A stretch of DNA of 64,000 bases, taken from the IMG/VR virus record IMGVR_UViG_2875703104_000004, one strand, 5' to 3'. The position numbers and the translations under genes are program-made. This stretch comes from a virus. Its lineage: Duplodnaviria; Heunggongvirae; Uroviricota; Caudoviricetes. How positions within the stretch are numbered: position 1 is the stretch's first letter; each line of letters starts with the position of its first letter. Shown here in pieces: positions 19,865 to 32,991 of the stretch. The notes under the pieces are model-generated. The model saw nothing but the letters and a program-made list of their open reading frames with translations. It had not been told where the DNA came from and searched no databases.

Positions 19865-19897
19865 GATACCAAGCTCTATGCATAAGAGCTTGGTATC
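19865..19897. terminator. Perfect 13-bp-stem hairpin (gataccaagctct / agagcttggtatc), candidate bidirectional terminator after the HNH gene
   Basis: Seen directly; flanking sequence only moderately T-rich. Confidence 0.4.
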
Positions 19898-20077
19898 TAT
19901 TGAAATTAAGCTCAATAACTGATCTGCTCTCCATTGATTAACACGTCACAATATTAGTAATGTAACTATTAGGTTTCGAGATTAACTGCGAACTTCTGCT
20001 TTTTGCTCAAAGTGGACTGTTTGGTTCTTTTTCAAGTGTAGTTCGAAATTCAAGGTGGCGTTAAGGCACTTAATGCT

Positions 20078-21204
20078 TTACAACGCTACTTTACTCCATC
20101 CTTTACCTCGATCATCATGATAACGATCGGTTTGCTGTTGCGTTTTATGACCAAGTAGTTTTTGTGTATTTAAACCCTGTTCTTTATACAAACGTTCTGA
20201 TAAAGACCTTTGTTCATGAAATGTTGCGGGAGAACCTTCACCCCAGTTAATTCCTGCTAAATCCCTCGCTTTACTGAAATTCATCGTCAATGTATTGGCT
20301 TTAACCTGCGCGCCGCGTTCAGCCTGTGAGGTAGTACGAAAAAAATGTACAAGGTATGGGCTGACAGCATAGTCACGGCAGCGGGCTACTACATCGCGCA
20401 AACTCCATTTAATCGCATTGAGACGCAGGGAAAGCGGGATGGCGATTTTGCTCCCGGTTTTTTCCTGGATGACATGGAGATGATCATCCCAAATATCGCT
20501 AAATTTCATACGCGAGATATCACCTAACCTCTGGCCGGTAACCAGTGCTAACAGCATGGCATTCCCCATATAACGATGACTGGCATCAGCGATATCAAAG
20601 ATTTTTTGCCACTCTTCAAGACTTAACCGTTGTCGGGTAATTTTTCTTCTGGGCTGTTTGGTGGCTAATGCCGGGTTATAGCCAGGGGGACTTCTCCGTA
20701 GTGTTGCGCCTCTTTGAAAACATCAATCAGTACGGAACGAACTACTTGCGCCATTCTCGGCTGTCCGGCGGCGATATACTCGTCAAGCAACTGGGCTATA
20801 TCCCTGACATCAACGGCTGAAATTAACTTCAGTCCTGCTCGTTCCCTGAGCAAGGATACTGGTTTGGCTTTCTGTTTATAGGTGTTGAGCTTTATATCGC
20901 CACTTTTCAGTCTGTCTTCCTGGATTGCTTGATAGCGATCTAACCAGGTTGACGTTGTGATTGCTTTTCCTTTGCTGGTTGCGATCCTGTCACTGATAGC
21001 TAGAATCTGCCGGGTTCTTTGCTCAGCTAGGCGTGTATTGGCCTCAGTGGCAATAGCAATGGCTTCAGCTTCGTTTGTGCCCAAAGAATGAAACTTCCCG
21101 GTCACTGGATGCTTATATCGCCAATAAACTTTATTTACTTTTCTGCTATAGAGCGGATACAAGTTCGGGACTGAAACATTATTCTTACGTGGTCTGGCTG
21201 CCAT
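20078..21204 (-). pseudogene. int: Lambda-Int-like integrase split by a -1 frameshift in a C5 homopolymer (G run on the + strand at 20685-20689)
   Basis: N-terminal ORF 20665-21204 and C-terminal ORF 20078-20569 are co-linear with the integrase at 1-1119; adding one C restores ...GEVPPGYNPALATKQPRRKITRQRL... Confidence 0.8.
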
Positions 21205-21317
21205 TACTTAAAATCCTTTGTAGAATAATAGAATCACTTTTCTTAATGACAGGAGTAACTAATTCTCCAACTAACTCTGCGTCCTCACGTACTCGCCATA
21301 GTCGACCTTGTTTCATT
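21185..21317 (-). CDS. Small ORF in the xis position (43 aa), just left of the IS911 end
   Basis: ATG at 21317, overlaps the int start; assignment by position only. Confidence 0.3.
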
Positions 21318-21396
21318 GCCGGTGTGTAGTGGCACACTGAATTTGGCCACCTGAACAGAGGTGATATGCTCACCTCAGAACAACACAGGTGCTCCA

Positions 21397-21657
21397 ATGA
21401 AAAAAAGAAATTTCAGCGCAGAGTTTAAACGCGAATCCGCTCAACTGGTTGTTGACCAGAACTACACGGTGGCAGATGCCGCCAAAGCTATGGATATCGG
21501 CCTTTCCACAATGACAAGATGGGTCAAACAACTGCGTGATGAGCGTCAGGGCAAAACACCAAAAGCCTCTCCGATAACACCAGAACAAATCGAAATACGT
21601 GAGCTGAGGAAAAAGCTACAACGCATTGAAATGGAGAATGAAATATTAAAAAANGCN
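21397..21657 (+). pseudogene. IS911 orfA, 5' part, interrupted by the IS30 left end
   Basis: Reading frame ends at the junction with TGTAGATTCAATTGG; Ns at 21654 and 21657. Confidence 0.7.
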
Positions 21658-21723
21658 ACTGTAGATTCAATTGGTCAACGCAACAGTTATGTGAAAACAT
21701 GGGGTTGCGGAGGTTTTTTGAAT

Positions 21724-23332
21724 GAGACGAACATTTACAGCAGAGGAAAAAGCCTCTGTTTTTGAACTATGGAAGAACGGAACAGGCTTCAGTGAAATAG
21801 CGAATATCCTGGGTTCAAAACCCGGAACGATCTTCACTATGTTAAGGGATACTGGCGGCATAAAACCCCATGAGCGTAAGCGGGCTGTAGCTCACCTGAC
21901 ACTGTCTGAGCGCGAGGAGATACGAGCTGGTTTGTCAGCCAAAATGAGCATTCGTGCGATAGCTACTGCGCTGAATCGCAGTCCTTCGACGATCTCACGT
22001 GAAGTTCAGCGTAATCGGGGCAGACGCTATTACAAAGCTGTTGATGCTAATAACCGAGCCAACAGAATGGCGAAAAGGCCAAAACCGTGCTTACTGGATC
22101 AAAATTTACCATTGCGAAAGCTTGTTCTGGAAAAGCTGGAGATGAAATGGTCTCCAGAGCAAATATCAGGATGGTTAAGGCGAACAAAACCACGTCAAAA
22201 AACGCTGCGAATATCACCTGAGACAATTTATAAAACGCTGTACTTTCGTAGCCGTGAAGCGCTACACCACCTGAATATACAGCATCTGCGACGGTCGCAT
22301 AGCCTTCGCCATGGCAGGCGTCATACCCGCAAAGGCGAAAGAGGTATGAACCGCCCCGGGAATCCTGGAGACTAAACTTCCTGAGAAAGAGGTAAACAGG
22401 ATGACTAAAAATACTCGTTTTTCCCCCGAAGTCCGTCAACGGGCAGTCCGTATGGTTCTGGAAAGTCAGAGCGAATATGACTCACAATGGGCGACAATTT
22501 GTTCCATTGCTCCAAAGATTGGCTGTACGCCGGAGACTCTGCGTGTCTGGGTTCGCCAGCATGAGCGGGATACCGGGGGCGGTGATGGAGGGCTCACCAC
22601 CGCTGAACGTCAGCGTCTGAAAGAGCTGGAACGTGAAAATCGTGAACTGCGCCGCAGTAACGATATCCTTCGCCAGGCTTCCGCTTATTTTGCGAAGGCG
22701 GAGTTCGACCGCCTCTGGAAAAAATNCGAATATCACCTGAGACAATTTATAAAACGCTGTACTTTCGTAGCCGTGAAGCGCTACACCACCTGAATATACA
22801 GCATCTGCGACGGTCGCATAGCCTTCGCCATGGCAGGCGTCATACCCGCAAAGGCGAAAGAGGTACGATTAACATAGTGAACGGAACACCAATTCACGAA
22901 CGTTCCCGAAATATCGATAACAGACGCTCTCTGGGACATTGGGAGGGCGATTTAGTCTCAGGTACAAAAAACTCTCATATAGCCACACTTGTAGACCGAA
23001 AATCACGTTATACGATCATCCTTAGACTCAGGGGCAAAGATTCTGTCTCAGTAAATCAGGCTCTTACCGACAAATTCCTGAGTTTACCGTCAGAACTCAG
23101 AAAATCACTGACATGGGACAGAGGAATGGAACTGGCCAGACATCTAGAATTTACTGTCAGCACCGGCGTTAAAGTTTACTTCTGCGATCCTCAGAGTCCT
23201 TGGCAGCGGGGAACAAATGAGAACACAAATGGGCTAATTCGGCAGTACTTTCCTAAAAAGACATGTCTTGCCCAATATACTCAACATGAACTAGATCTGG
23301 TTGCTGCTCAGCTAAACAACAGAACCGCGCTC
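21724..23332 (+). pseudogene. IS30 transposase gene, split by the IS629-like insertion/duplication and missing its last about 25 codons
   Basis: N-part 21724-22370 and C-part 22862-23332 (HWEGDL...GTNENTNGLIRQYFPK); the ORF ends in IS911-derived sequence. Confidence 0.7.
22376..22725 (+). mobile_element. IS629/IS1203-like (IS3 family) left end with orfA, cut off at an N join
   Basis: Terminal TGAACCGCCCCGGG and Orf[42 protein letters not shown]... (recall); sequence returns to IS30 after the N at 22726. Confidence 0.65.
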
Positions 23333-25600
<2,268 letters not shown>

Positions 25601-25636
25601 CCACTACAAAACACTGCTGAGATATTCAATTTTCCA

Positions 25637-26509
25637 GTGCCGGATGTGGCACAAAAGGAGCGGCGCGTGGCAGATCTCGACGATGGTTATACGCGCATTG
25701 CAAATGAGTTGCTGGAAGCTGTGATGCTGGCCGGATTAACACAGCACCAGTTTCTGGTCTTCCTGGCTGTCATGCGCAAAACATATGGCTTTAATAAAAG
25801 ACTGGATTGGGTGAGCAACGAGCAACTTTCCGAATTGACCGGGATATTGCCGCACAAGTGTTCTGCTGCAAAAAGCGTTCTGGTAAAGCGTGGGATTTTT
25901 ATTCAGAGCGGGCGGAATATCGGCATTAATAATGTGGTCAGTGAATGGTCAACATTACCCGAATCAGGTAAGAAAAATAAAGTTTACCTGAAAGAGGTAA
26001 ATTTACCTGAATCAGGTAAGAAAAGTTTACCCAAATCAGGTAAACACAAAAGACAAACTAACAAAAGACAATATAAAACCTTTTTCGTCCGAGAATTCTG
26101 ACGAATCCTCTGACCAGCCAGAAAACGATCTTCCTGTGGTGAAACCGGATGCTGCAATTCAGAGCGGCAGCAAGTGGGGGACAGCAGAAGACCTGATCGC
26201 CGCAGAGTGGATGTTTGACATGGTGAAGACCATCGCGCCATCAGCCAGAAAACCGAATTTGCAGGGTGGGCTAACGATATCCGCCTGATGCGTGAACGTG
26301 ACGGACGTAACCACCGCGACATGTGTGTACTGTTCCGCTGGGCATGCCAGGACAACTTTTGGTCTGGTAACGTGCTGAGCCCGGCCAAACTTCGCGACAA
26401 GTGGACCCAACTCGAAATCAACCGTAACAAACAACAGGCTGGCGTGACAGCCGGAAAACCAAAACTCGACCTGACAAACACTGACTGGATTTACGGGGTG
26501 GATTTATGA
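25637..26509 (+). pseudogene. O: Lambda O-like replication initiator, 5'-truncated by the IS nest and broken by two frameshifts at homopolymer runs (near 26060-26100 and near 26270)
   Basis: VADLDDGYTRIANELLEA...QFLVFLAVMRKTYGFNK and C-terminal ...LSPAKLRDKWTQLEINRNKQ...TDWIYGVDL resemble lambda O by recall; three frames needed to read through. Confidence 0.7.
25955..26043 (+). repeat. Four iteron-like repeats (TTTACCYGAATCAGGTAA-type) followed by an A-rich stretch: candidate ori-lambda-type origin inside O
   Basis: Seen directly; iterons embedded in the O gene are an established lambda feature. Confidence 0.6.
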
Positions 26510-27207
26510 AAAACATCGCCGCACAGATGGTTAACTTTGACCGTGAGCAGATGCGTCGGATCGCCAACAATATGCCGGAACAGTACGACGAAAAGCCGCA
26601 GGTACAACAGGTAGCGCAGATCATCAATGGTGTGTTCAGCCAGTTACTGGCAACTTTCCCGGCGAGCCTGGCTAACCGGGACCAGAACGAACTGAACGAA
26701 ATTCGCCGCCAGTGGGTGCTGGCTTTCCGGGAAAACGGGATCACCACAATGGAACAGGTTAACGCAGGAATGCGCGTAGCCCGTCGGCAGAATCGACCAT
26801 TCCTGCCATCACCCGGGCAGTTTGTTGCATGGTGCCGTGAAGAAGCATCCGTTATTGCCGGACTGCCAAACGCCAGCGAGCTGGTTGATATGGTTTACGA
26901 GTATTGCCGGAAGCGTGGCCTGTATCCGGATGCAGAGTCTTATCCGTGGAAATCAAACGCGCACTACTGGCTGGTTACTAGCCTGTACCAGAATATGCGG
27001 GCCAATGCGCTTACTGATACGGAATTACGGCGCAAGGCTGCCGATGAACTGACTTGTATGACCGCGCGAATTAACCGTGGTGAGGCGATACCTGAACCAG
27101 TAAAACAACTTCCTGTCATGGGCGGTAGACCTCTAAATCGTGTTCAGGCGCTGGCGAAGATCGCAGAAATCAAAGCTAAGTTCGGGCTGAAAGGAGTGAT
27201 GAAATAG
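26506..27207 (+). CDS. P: Lambda P replication protein (DnaB helicase loader), 233 aa
   Basis: MKNIAAQMVNFDREQMRRIANNMPEQYDEKPQVQQVAQIINGVF... near-identical to lambda P by recall. Confidence 0.9.
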   Translation: MKNIAAQMVNFDREQMRRIANNMPEQYDEKPQVQQVAQIINGVFSQLLATFPASLANRDQNELNEIRRQWVLAFRENGITTMEQVNAGMRVARRQNRPFLPSPGQFVAWCREEASVIAGLPNASELVDMVYEYCRKRGLYPDAESYPWKSNAHYWLVTSLYQNMRANALTDTELRRKAADELTCMTARINRGEAIPEPVKQLPVMGGRPLNRVQALAKIAEIKAKFGLKGVMK

Positions 27208-27456
27208 AGCTAAAGTATTAGCTTAAAAATAAAGTATACCTAGCGAATATAATCTAGGACTAGTTGTTATGCCCGAAATGATTGATTGCGTGAGTAACAA
27301 AGTGTCTCTTCCATTGTTGTGAAATCATTTAGCCATAAAGTTTATGCAGAGATTTTATTTTATTTTTGAGTTGATTTTTTTGTAACGATCTGTATATTTC
27401 GCGCCTCTTGTCATACCAGTTATTTTTTTCATTATATTCATAACGTTGATTGAACT

Positions 27457-30400
27457 ATGACCACTGTGAATAAAAAGTTAAAAAAAACTGCATCTGGCGC
27501 GATTACATGGTCGGTAATTGTTACCCAGATATTATCTCCAGTTTCTCTTTCTTTGATCCCAGCAAACAGTTTTGCATCATCTGGTAATAAAGATGTTACG
27601 CAAACTTATGCCAGCGATGAGCATGCAAATAAAGTGGCCTCATTTGCAGCAAGTGCAGGTCAGAGCCTGGCGAATAATAATGCAAGTAGTTTTGCTGTAA
27701 ATACTTTATCAACTCAGGCGACAAAAGAGGTCGTCGACTGGTTGCAACAATATGGCAATGCGCGCATCAAGCTTAATGTCGATGATTCTTTTTCCTTGAA
27801 GGATTCATCATTCGACTTTTTATATCCATGGCTGGATACTCAGGATTATGTGTTATTCAGTCAGACATCACTACATCGTACTGATGACCGAAATCAGACC
27901 AATATTGGTTTGGGGATTCGTCATTTCACTCCTGATAACGCAATGTTGGGTGCGAATGTTTTTTATGATTACGATTTAAGTCGCAGTCACTCTCGTGCAG
28001 GTTTTGGGGTTGAGTACTGGAGGGATTATTTCAGGCTTGGTGTAAATACCTATTTTGGTCTATCTGACTGGAAGAACAGTCGGGATATTGATGATTATCT
28101 GGAAAGACCTGCAAATGGCTGGGATTTTTCTGCTGAAGGATGGCTACCTGCTTATCCGCAATTAGGGGCATCTATTCAGTTTGAAAAATATTATGGTAAA
28201 AATGTCGGGTTATTTGGAAGCGATAACCTTCAGGAAAACCCTTACGCAGTTACTGGGGGAATTTCTTATACACCAGTTCCTCTGATTAAGTTTTCTGCAC
28301 AGCATAAGCAAGGACAGAGCAACGTTCACGATACAACCTTCGGTGTTGAGTTTAATTATCGCCCGGGCGTTTCCCTGGCTGAACAGCTTAGCAGCGATAA
28401 TGTTGCAGTTATGCGAGAAGTCCAGAATCGGCGTTATGATTTTGTTGAACGAAATAACAACATTGTTCTGGAGTACAAGAAGAAGCATGCACTGAAAATC
28501 AGTTTGCCAGAGTCTGTTCAGGGGGAGGGGGAATCAATCATCCCTGTAACACTGACAATCAACAATGCTAGTGGTGGTATCAAGTCTGTACAGTGGAATG
28601 ATAGTGCATTCACTGCGGCTGGCGGCAAGATCAGTGGAAATGGCACATCATGGCAGATCACTTTACCGGCTTATAAAAGCGAAGGTGTAAATTCGTGGAA
28701 TGTTGGAGCCACAGTCCAGGATAACAGAGGCAATGTTTCCAACTATGCCGTTATGAATATCAGCGTTAATAATAGTGGTGTCTCGACAGCGGATTCATCT
28801 TTTACGCTGGATGGGGATTCGTCTCCGACGATCTCTGCTGATGGTCAATCCACTTATCCAATAGTATTAAGCCTGAAAGACAGTAACGGTAAGGCATTAA
28901 CCGGACTGGCTGATGACATTGAAATGTCTGTGGAATTTACTGCGGATAGCAATAGTGCTCGACAGCGTGAAACGGTAACTGCTCCGTCATTAGGCGCGGT
29001 AGAGGAAATCTCTGCTGGTGTATATCGCTCTGTTCTGGCTGCTGGTTCGCAGGCTGGGACGGTACGTGTAACTGCAAAAGTTCAGGGAAAAACATTTACT
29101 CTCAGTATTAAGCAAACAGCAGCAACAGAACCTGATTCTGAGGTCAGTGCTGTTTTAACCGCTGCACCAGCAGAACAGGTAGTTGGTTACAATATCAATC
29201 TACAACTGGCAGTGAAGGATTCACAAGGAAATGCAATCACTGGTGATAACACTCTGAGCTTTTATGCTCTTAACCAGGCAGAAGGAGTCGAGTTTGGGAC
29301 TGTAACGGAAAAAGACGGTGTCTATAGCGCGACAGTAACTTCAAAACGAGCTGGTAAGATTACTATCGGTGTTAAATCTGATAGTCATGATTTCTCAGGT
29401 GTTAAGAAAGAAATCACCTTTATTGAGGACCGGCAGCAGGTTACATTCTCTCAGTTTGAAGCCAGCCAAAATAATGCATTGGCTGATGGAAAACAGAGAA
29501 ATATGGTAACTGTAAGCCTTGCGGACCGTTTCGGCAATGTTGTTCCTGGTTATGCTGTCACATTGTCTTTACCAGCAGGGATAACTCAAGTTGGTGGTGA
29601 ACATGCTGTTTCAACTGACGAAAATGGTAATGCTATTTTTGCGTTAATAAGCTCCACTCCGGGGTCTTACGTGATTACAGCTCATGCTGGTTCTCAGATG
29701 TCTACTGAGTTAACAGTGACCTTTGCATCAAATATGACCGGAGCTTCACTGTCACTGACGCCTGAAAGCAGTAGTTTAATTTCCAATATTCCTGCTAATG
29801 GTAAGGATGCAGCGGTATTAGATGTGCAGCTGACAAATACGAATGCGTCGGTCAATGGGCAAAAGATTCAGCTCATCACCTCATCTGAAGGATTATCTGT
29901 ACCAACAAATATCGTGACTGATTCAACAGGGCATGTTTCTGTTCCGCTTACAACGGTGAAAGCTGGTGAGTACACGGTGACTGCACGGGTGACTGACGGT
30001 TCCCATAGCGTGGAATCTGGCAGCGTTAAGTTAACTTTTGTGCCCGATGTTGCTTCTGCAGAACTTACTATGAGTGTATCAAAACAGGAGATTGTGGCCG
30101 ATGGCAGTGAAAACGCAACAGTAAACATTCAGTTGGTTGATGCGAATAACAATGCGTTTACAGGTGAGGTGGATTTAACGATTACACCATCGACGGGAGC
30201 ATCATTGACCAGTAGTAATCTGCAACTGGATGCTCATGGACAGGCAACAACGCAGTTCACTGCATCGAAATCAGGCCAGTACACAATTCAGGCCGAGTAT
30301 GTTCTGGATGGGAAACGCATAACCGCAAGCCAGAATATTGATGCCGTGACGGATGTGAAGGGGGCTGTGTTGGAGATCACATCATCTGCATCTTCGGCTG

Positions 30401-31008
30401 TAGTGAGCGATACCAACAATCTGGTATTTACGTTACTGTTGAAAAGTAAGTCAGGCGAAGCATTAAGTGGTCGAGCATTGAATGTTAAGACATCTGGGCC
30501 GTCTAAATATGGTGCGTTGGTGGTTGATAAAACCACAGTAACGACTGATGAGAACGGTCAGGCTACGGTAAGCGTACATGGTCGAACGGTTGGTTCGTAT
30601 AAATTAACGGCGACCTTAAACGAACTTGGCAGTGATGTTAGCGCGGTGAAATCATTCTCCCTGTACGCTGATGACGCAAATGGAGTATTGACTCTAACAA
30701 AAGATCCTGGTTATGAGACAAACGATGGCTCTCCAGTAGGTATTTATGCTCGATTTGTCGATCATTTTGGAAACCCATTATCTGGTACGGTTGAGTTTTC
30801 TGCTGGTAGTGAAGATAGTCCAGACTCTCAACGGGTCAAAATGGAGCCTGCTACAGTAACGTTACACTGGACAGGTAATGCAGCTTCGGAATTCAGCACC
30901 TATGAAAGTGGTTATCACTGGATTAAGGCCAAAATAACGAATAGCAAAAATACATATGAGAAAACAATAAGGACTTATGTTGTAAAACTACCTGAAAAGG
31001 ATAGTTAA
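27457..31008 (+). CDS. Inverse autotransporter (intimin/invasin-family) outer-membrane adhesin with repeated Ig-like (Big) domains, 1183 aa
   Basis: Signal peptide, N-terminal beta-barrel-like region (YPWLDTQDYVLFSQTSLHRTDDRNQTNIGLGIRHF...) then repeated about 100-aa segments; AT-rich gene. Confidence 0.75.
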   Translation: MTTVNKKLKKTASGAITWSVIVTQILSPVSLSLIPANSFASSGNKDVTQTYASDEHANKVASFAASAGQSLANNNASSFAVNTLSTQATKEVVDWLQQYGNARIKLNVDDSFSLKDSSFDFLYPWLDTQDYVLFSQTSLHRTDDRNQTNIGLGIRHFTPDNAMLGANVFYDYDLSRSHSRAGFGVEYWRDYFRLGVNTYFGLSDWKNSRDIDDYLERPANGWDFSAEGWLPAYPQLGASIQFEKYYGKNVGLFGSDNLQENPYAVTGGISYTPVPLIKFSAQHKQGQSNVHDTTFGVEFNYRPGVSLAEQLSSDNVAVMREVQNRRYDFVERNNNIVLEYKKKHALKISLPESVQGEGESIIPVTLTINNASGGIKSVQWNDSAFTAAGGKISGNGTSWQITLPAYKSEGVNSWNVGATVQDNRGNVSNYAVMNISVNNSGVSTADSSFTLDGDSSPTISADGQSTYPIVLSLKDSNGKALTGLADDIEMSVEFTADSNSARQRETVTAPSLGAVEEISAGVYRSVLAAGSQAGTVRVTAKVQGKTFTLSIKQTAATEPDSEVSAVLTAAPAEQVVGYNINLQLAVKDSQGNAITGDNTLSFYALNQAEGVEFGTVTEKDGVYSATVTSKRAGKITIGVKSDSHDFSGVKKEITFIEDRQQVTFSQFEASQNNALADGKQRNMVTVSLADRFGNVVPGYAVTLSLPAGITQVGGEHAVSTDENGNAIFALISSTPGSYVITAHAGSQMSTELTVTFASNMTGASLSLTPESSSLISNIPANGKDAAVLDVQLTNTNASVNGQKIQLITSSEGLSVPTNIVTDSTGHVSVPLTTVKAGEYTVTARVTDGSHSVESGSVKLTFVPDVASAELTMSVSKQEIVADGSENATVNIQLVDANNNAFTGEVDLTITPSTGASLTSSNLQLDAHGQATTQFTASKSGQYTIQAEYVLDGKRITASQNIDAVTDVKGAVLEITSSASSAVVSDTNNLVFTLLLKSKSGEALSGRALNVKTSGPSKYGALVVDKTTVTTDENGQATVSVHGRTVGSYKLTATLNELGSDVSAVKSFSLYADDANGVLTLTKDPGYETNDGSPVGIYARFVDHFGNPLSGTVEFSAGSEDSPDSQRVKMEPATVTLHWTGNAASEFSTYESGYHWIKAKITNSKNTYEKTIRTYVVKLPEKDS

Positions 31009-31018
31009 CAAAATTGAA

Positions 31019-31047
31019 TGGGGAGGGCTTAGCCCTCCCTCTTTTTA
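31019..31047. terminator. Bidirectional rho-independent terminator between the convergent adhesin and esterase genes
   Basis: GGGGAGGGC-TTA-GCCCTCCC hairpin with a T-run on the + strand and an A-run (T-run on the - strand) upstream. Confidence 0.6.
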
Positions 31048-32088
31048 CAGGTTAGCGTTTGGGTTTTGTTGTTGGGGAGCTGTTTTTATAGGCGCTCCCA
31101 GGTTTTTAGTAAACCACTCAACGACTCTGTTTATAATAATTGGCTGATACCATGTCTTATCGCCATGCTCGGCCCCTTCTACCAGCACGTACTCAGCGTT
31201 ATCGCCGTTCTTCTTCAACATCCTGAATAGTTTGGCGCTTTGCTCAGGTGAAACCAGAGTGTCTTTGCTACCATGCATAATAAGAAATGGGGGTTTTACT
31301 CCTTTCATATGTCCGATTGGACTGGCGTTTAGCGCTTTTTCTTTTGACGCTGTGATGGGGGCTCCCGCAAAATTTCTGAATGCAGGGCCATTGATCATTA
31401 AGGCTTCGGTTACGGCAGGAGAGCGATGAACCTCCTGCACTGATTCAGGGAACCCCTCGCCAATATTCAACAAGTCAGAAATCCCATAAAGTGTGGCAAC
31501 TGCCTGAACATCTGAGGATTGCTGAAGAAAGTCACCTTTATCAAAGGTTTTGTCACCATTTGTAGTTCCCATCATCTGAGCAAGCCATCCACCGGCAGAG
31601 TCACCCAGAACTCCGATTCTTTGAGGATCAATCCCATAATTGCTGGCATGCTCTCTCAGGTAACGTATTGCAGCTTTTCCATCCTCAACTGGTGCTGGAA
31701 ATGTATCAGGAATTGTTCTGTATTCTACAGCGGCCACAACAAAACCAGCTTCTGCCAGAGCCATTCTCATTTCAATAAATTTGTCATGTTCAGAAGACAT
31801 GAATCCGCCGCCGGGATAATAAATAATGGCTGGTTTTAAATCATTTGTTCGCGGGACAAGAACTGACATGTGAAGCTGTCTGACAGAACGAGTTCCTTTT
31901 ATCTGGGAATAAACAACATCACCAATGAGATCGACTTGGTTTCTGGTCGGTGAAACACTAATGATATCTGCACCCGGGGTGTAACCAGGAAGATTAGTCT
32001 GGACAGGTGTTGCACAACTCCCGACCGACATGGCCATTGACATACCATACAATAGTGTTGCAGATGATAATATCTTGTTAATTTTCAT
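31045..32088 (-). CDS. Secreted/lipoprotein alpha/beta-hydrolase (esterase/lipase), 347 aa
   Basis: Signal peptide with possible lipobox (MSVGSC); oxyanion-hole YPGGGF and nucleophile-elbow GDSAGG motifs. Confidence 0.75.
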   Translation of the reverse strand: MKINKILSSATLLYGMSMAMSVGSCATPVQTNLPGYTPGADIISVSPTRNQVDLIGDVVYSQIKGTRSVRQLHMSVLVPRTNDLKPAIIYYPGGGFMSSEHDKFIEMRMALAEAGFVVAAVEYRTIPDTFPAPVEDGKAAIRYLREHASNYGIDPQRIGVLGDSAGGWLAQMMGTTNGDKTFDKGDFLQQSSDVQAVATLYGISDLLNIGEGFPESVQEVHRSPAVTEALMINGPAFRNFAGAPITASKEKALNASPIGHMKGVKPPFLIMHGSKDTLVSPEQSAKLFRMLKKNGDNAEYVLVEGAEHGDKTWYQPIIINRVVEWFTKNLGAPIKTAPQQQNPNANL

Positions 32089-32535
32089 GTTTTACATGCC
32101 TTGACTTATCGGATGAAATTCTCTTACTGAATTTAACGGCAGTTTAATAGCCGTACAACTCGTGGTAGCCAGGGAAATATCCCAGTCGTGGTTAAGGTTG
32201 TACTTGACGGCTATTATTTCAACAATGCTTAAAGTGAGAGCTTAAGGTTATGCGTATGTTTTACAGTCCGAGTAGATTCTGACCAATAGCTTCTTTGTAT
32301 AATTCTGTCAGAAATAAATCTTGGCTTGCATGAAGTTTGAGACCTTATCTTGTTTGATTATGAATAATCAATTCGCCATAATTGTATCACCGGAGCCTGA
32401 ACAACTCCGGTGACTTCTGCGCTAAACGGGGACGTTTATGCGCACACACAATCCAAACTCTCTTCTCCCTTCACAGATGCAGAAATGCACCTGCGTTTTT
32501 TTGCATCCAGCGTCTGACCTCTGTGGAGGTGAAGC

Positions 32536-32991
32536 GTGAACCTACCACAAGATGGCATCAAACTGCATCGCGGTAACTTCATCGCTATCGGCCAGCAGAT
32601 CCAGCCTTATCTGGAGGACGGAAAATGCTTTCGCATGGTGCTTAAACCGTGGCGTGAGAAACGCAGTCTTTCCCAGAATGCACTCAGCCATATGTGGTAC
32701 AGCGAAATCAGTGAATACCTCATCAGCAGGGGGAAATCGTTCGCTACCGCAGCATGGGTAAAAGATGCTCTCAAACACACATACCTCGGTTATGAAACCA
32801 AGGACCTGGTTGATGTCGTAACCGGCGAAATCACTACTATCCAGTCGTTACGCCATACCTCCGATCTTGATACCGGAGAGATGTATGTCTTCCTGTGTAA
32901 GGTTGAAGCCTGGGCGATGAATATTGGCTGCCACCTGACTATTCCGCAGAGCTGCGAGTTCCAGCTGCTGCGCGACAAGCAGGAGGCGTAA
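32536..32991 (+). CDS. ybcN: YbcN-like nin-region protein (151 aa), GTG start
   Basis: [15 protein letters not shown]... matches DLP12 YbcN by recall. Confidence 0.7.
   Translation: MNLPQDGIKLHRGNFIAIGQQIQPYLEDGKCFRMVLKPWREKRSLSQNALSHMWYSEISEYLISRGKSFATAAWVKDALKHTYLGYETKDLVDVVTGEITTIQSLRHTSDLDTGEMYVFLCKVEAWAMNIGCHLTIPQSCEFQLLRDKQEA

Larger units (their letters stand above)
21660..23332 (+). mobile_element. IS30 copy, internally disrupted and 3'-truncated (no right IR)
   Basis: Left end TGTAGATTCAATTGGTCAACGCAACAG and transposase MRRTFTAEEKASVFELWKNG... match IS30 by recall; segment 22232-22370 is repeated at 22722-22860 after an N at 22726. Confidence 0.7.

Noticed and set aside
26159-26747. 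Minus-strand ORFs across the O-P junction
   Set aside because: Antisense to O and P, which are identified by sequence.
28210-28488. 92-aa minus-strand ORF inside the adhesin gene
   Set aside because: Fully internal antisense ORF in an AT-rich gene.
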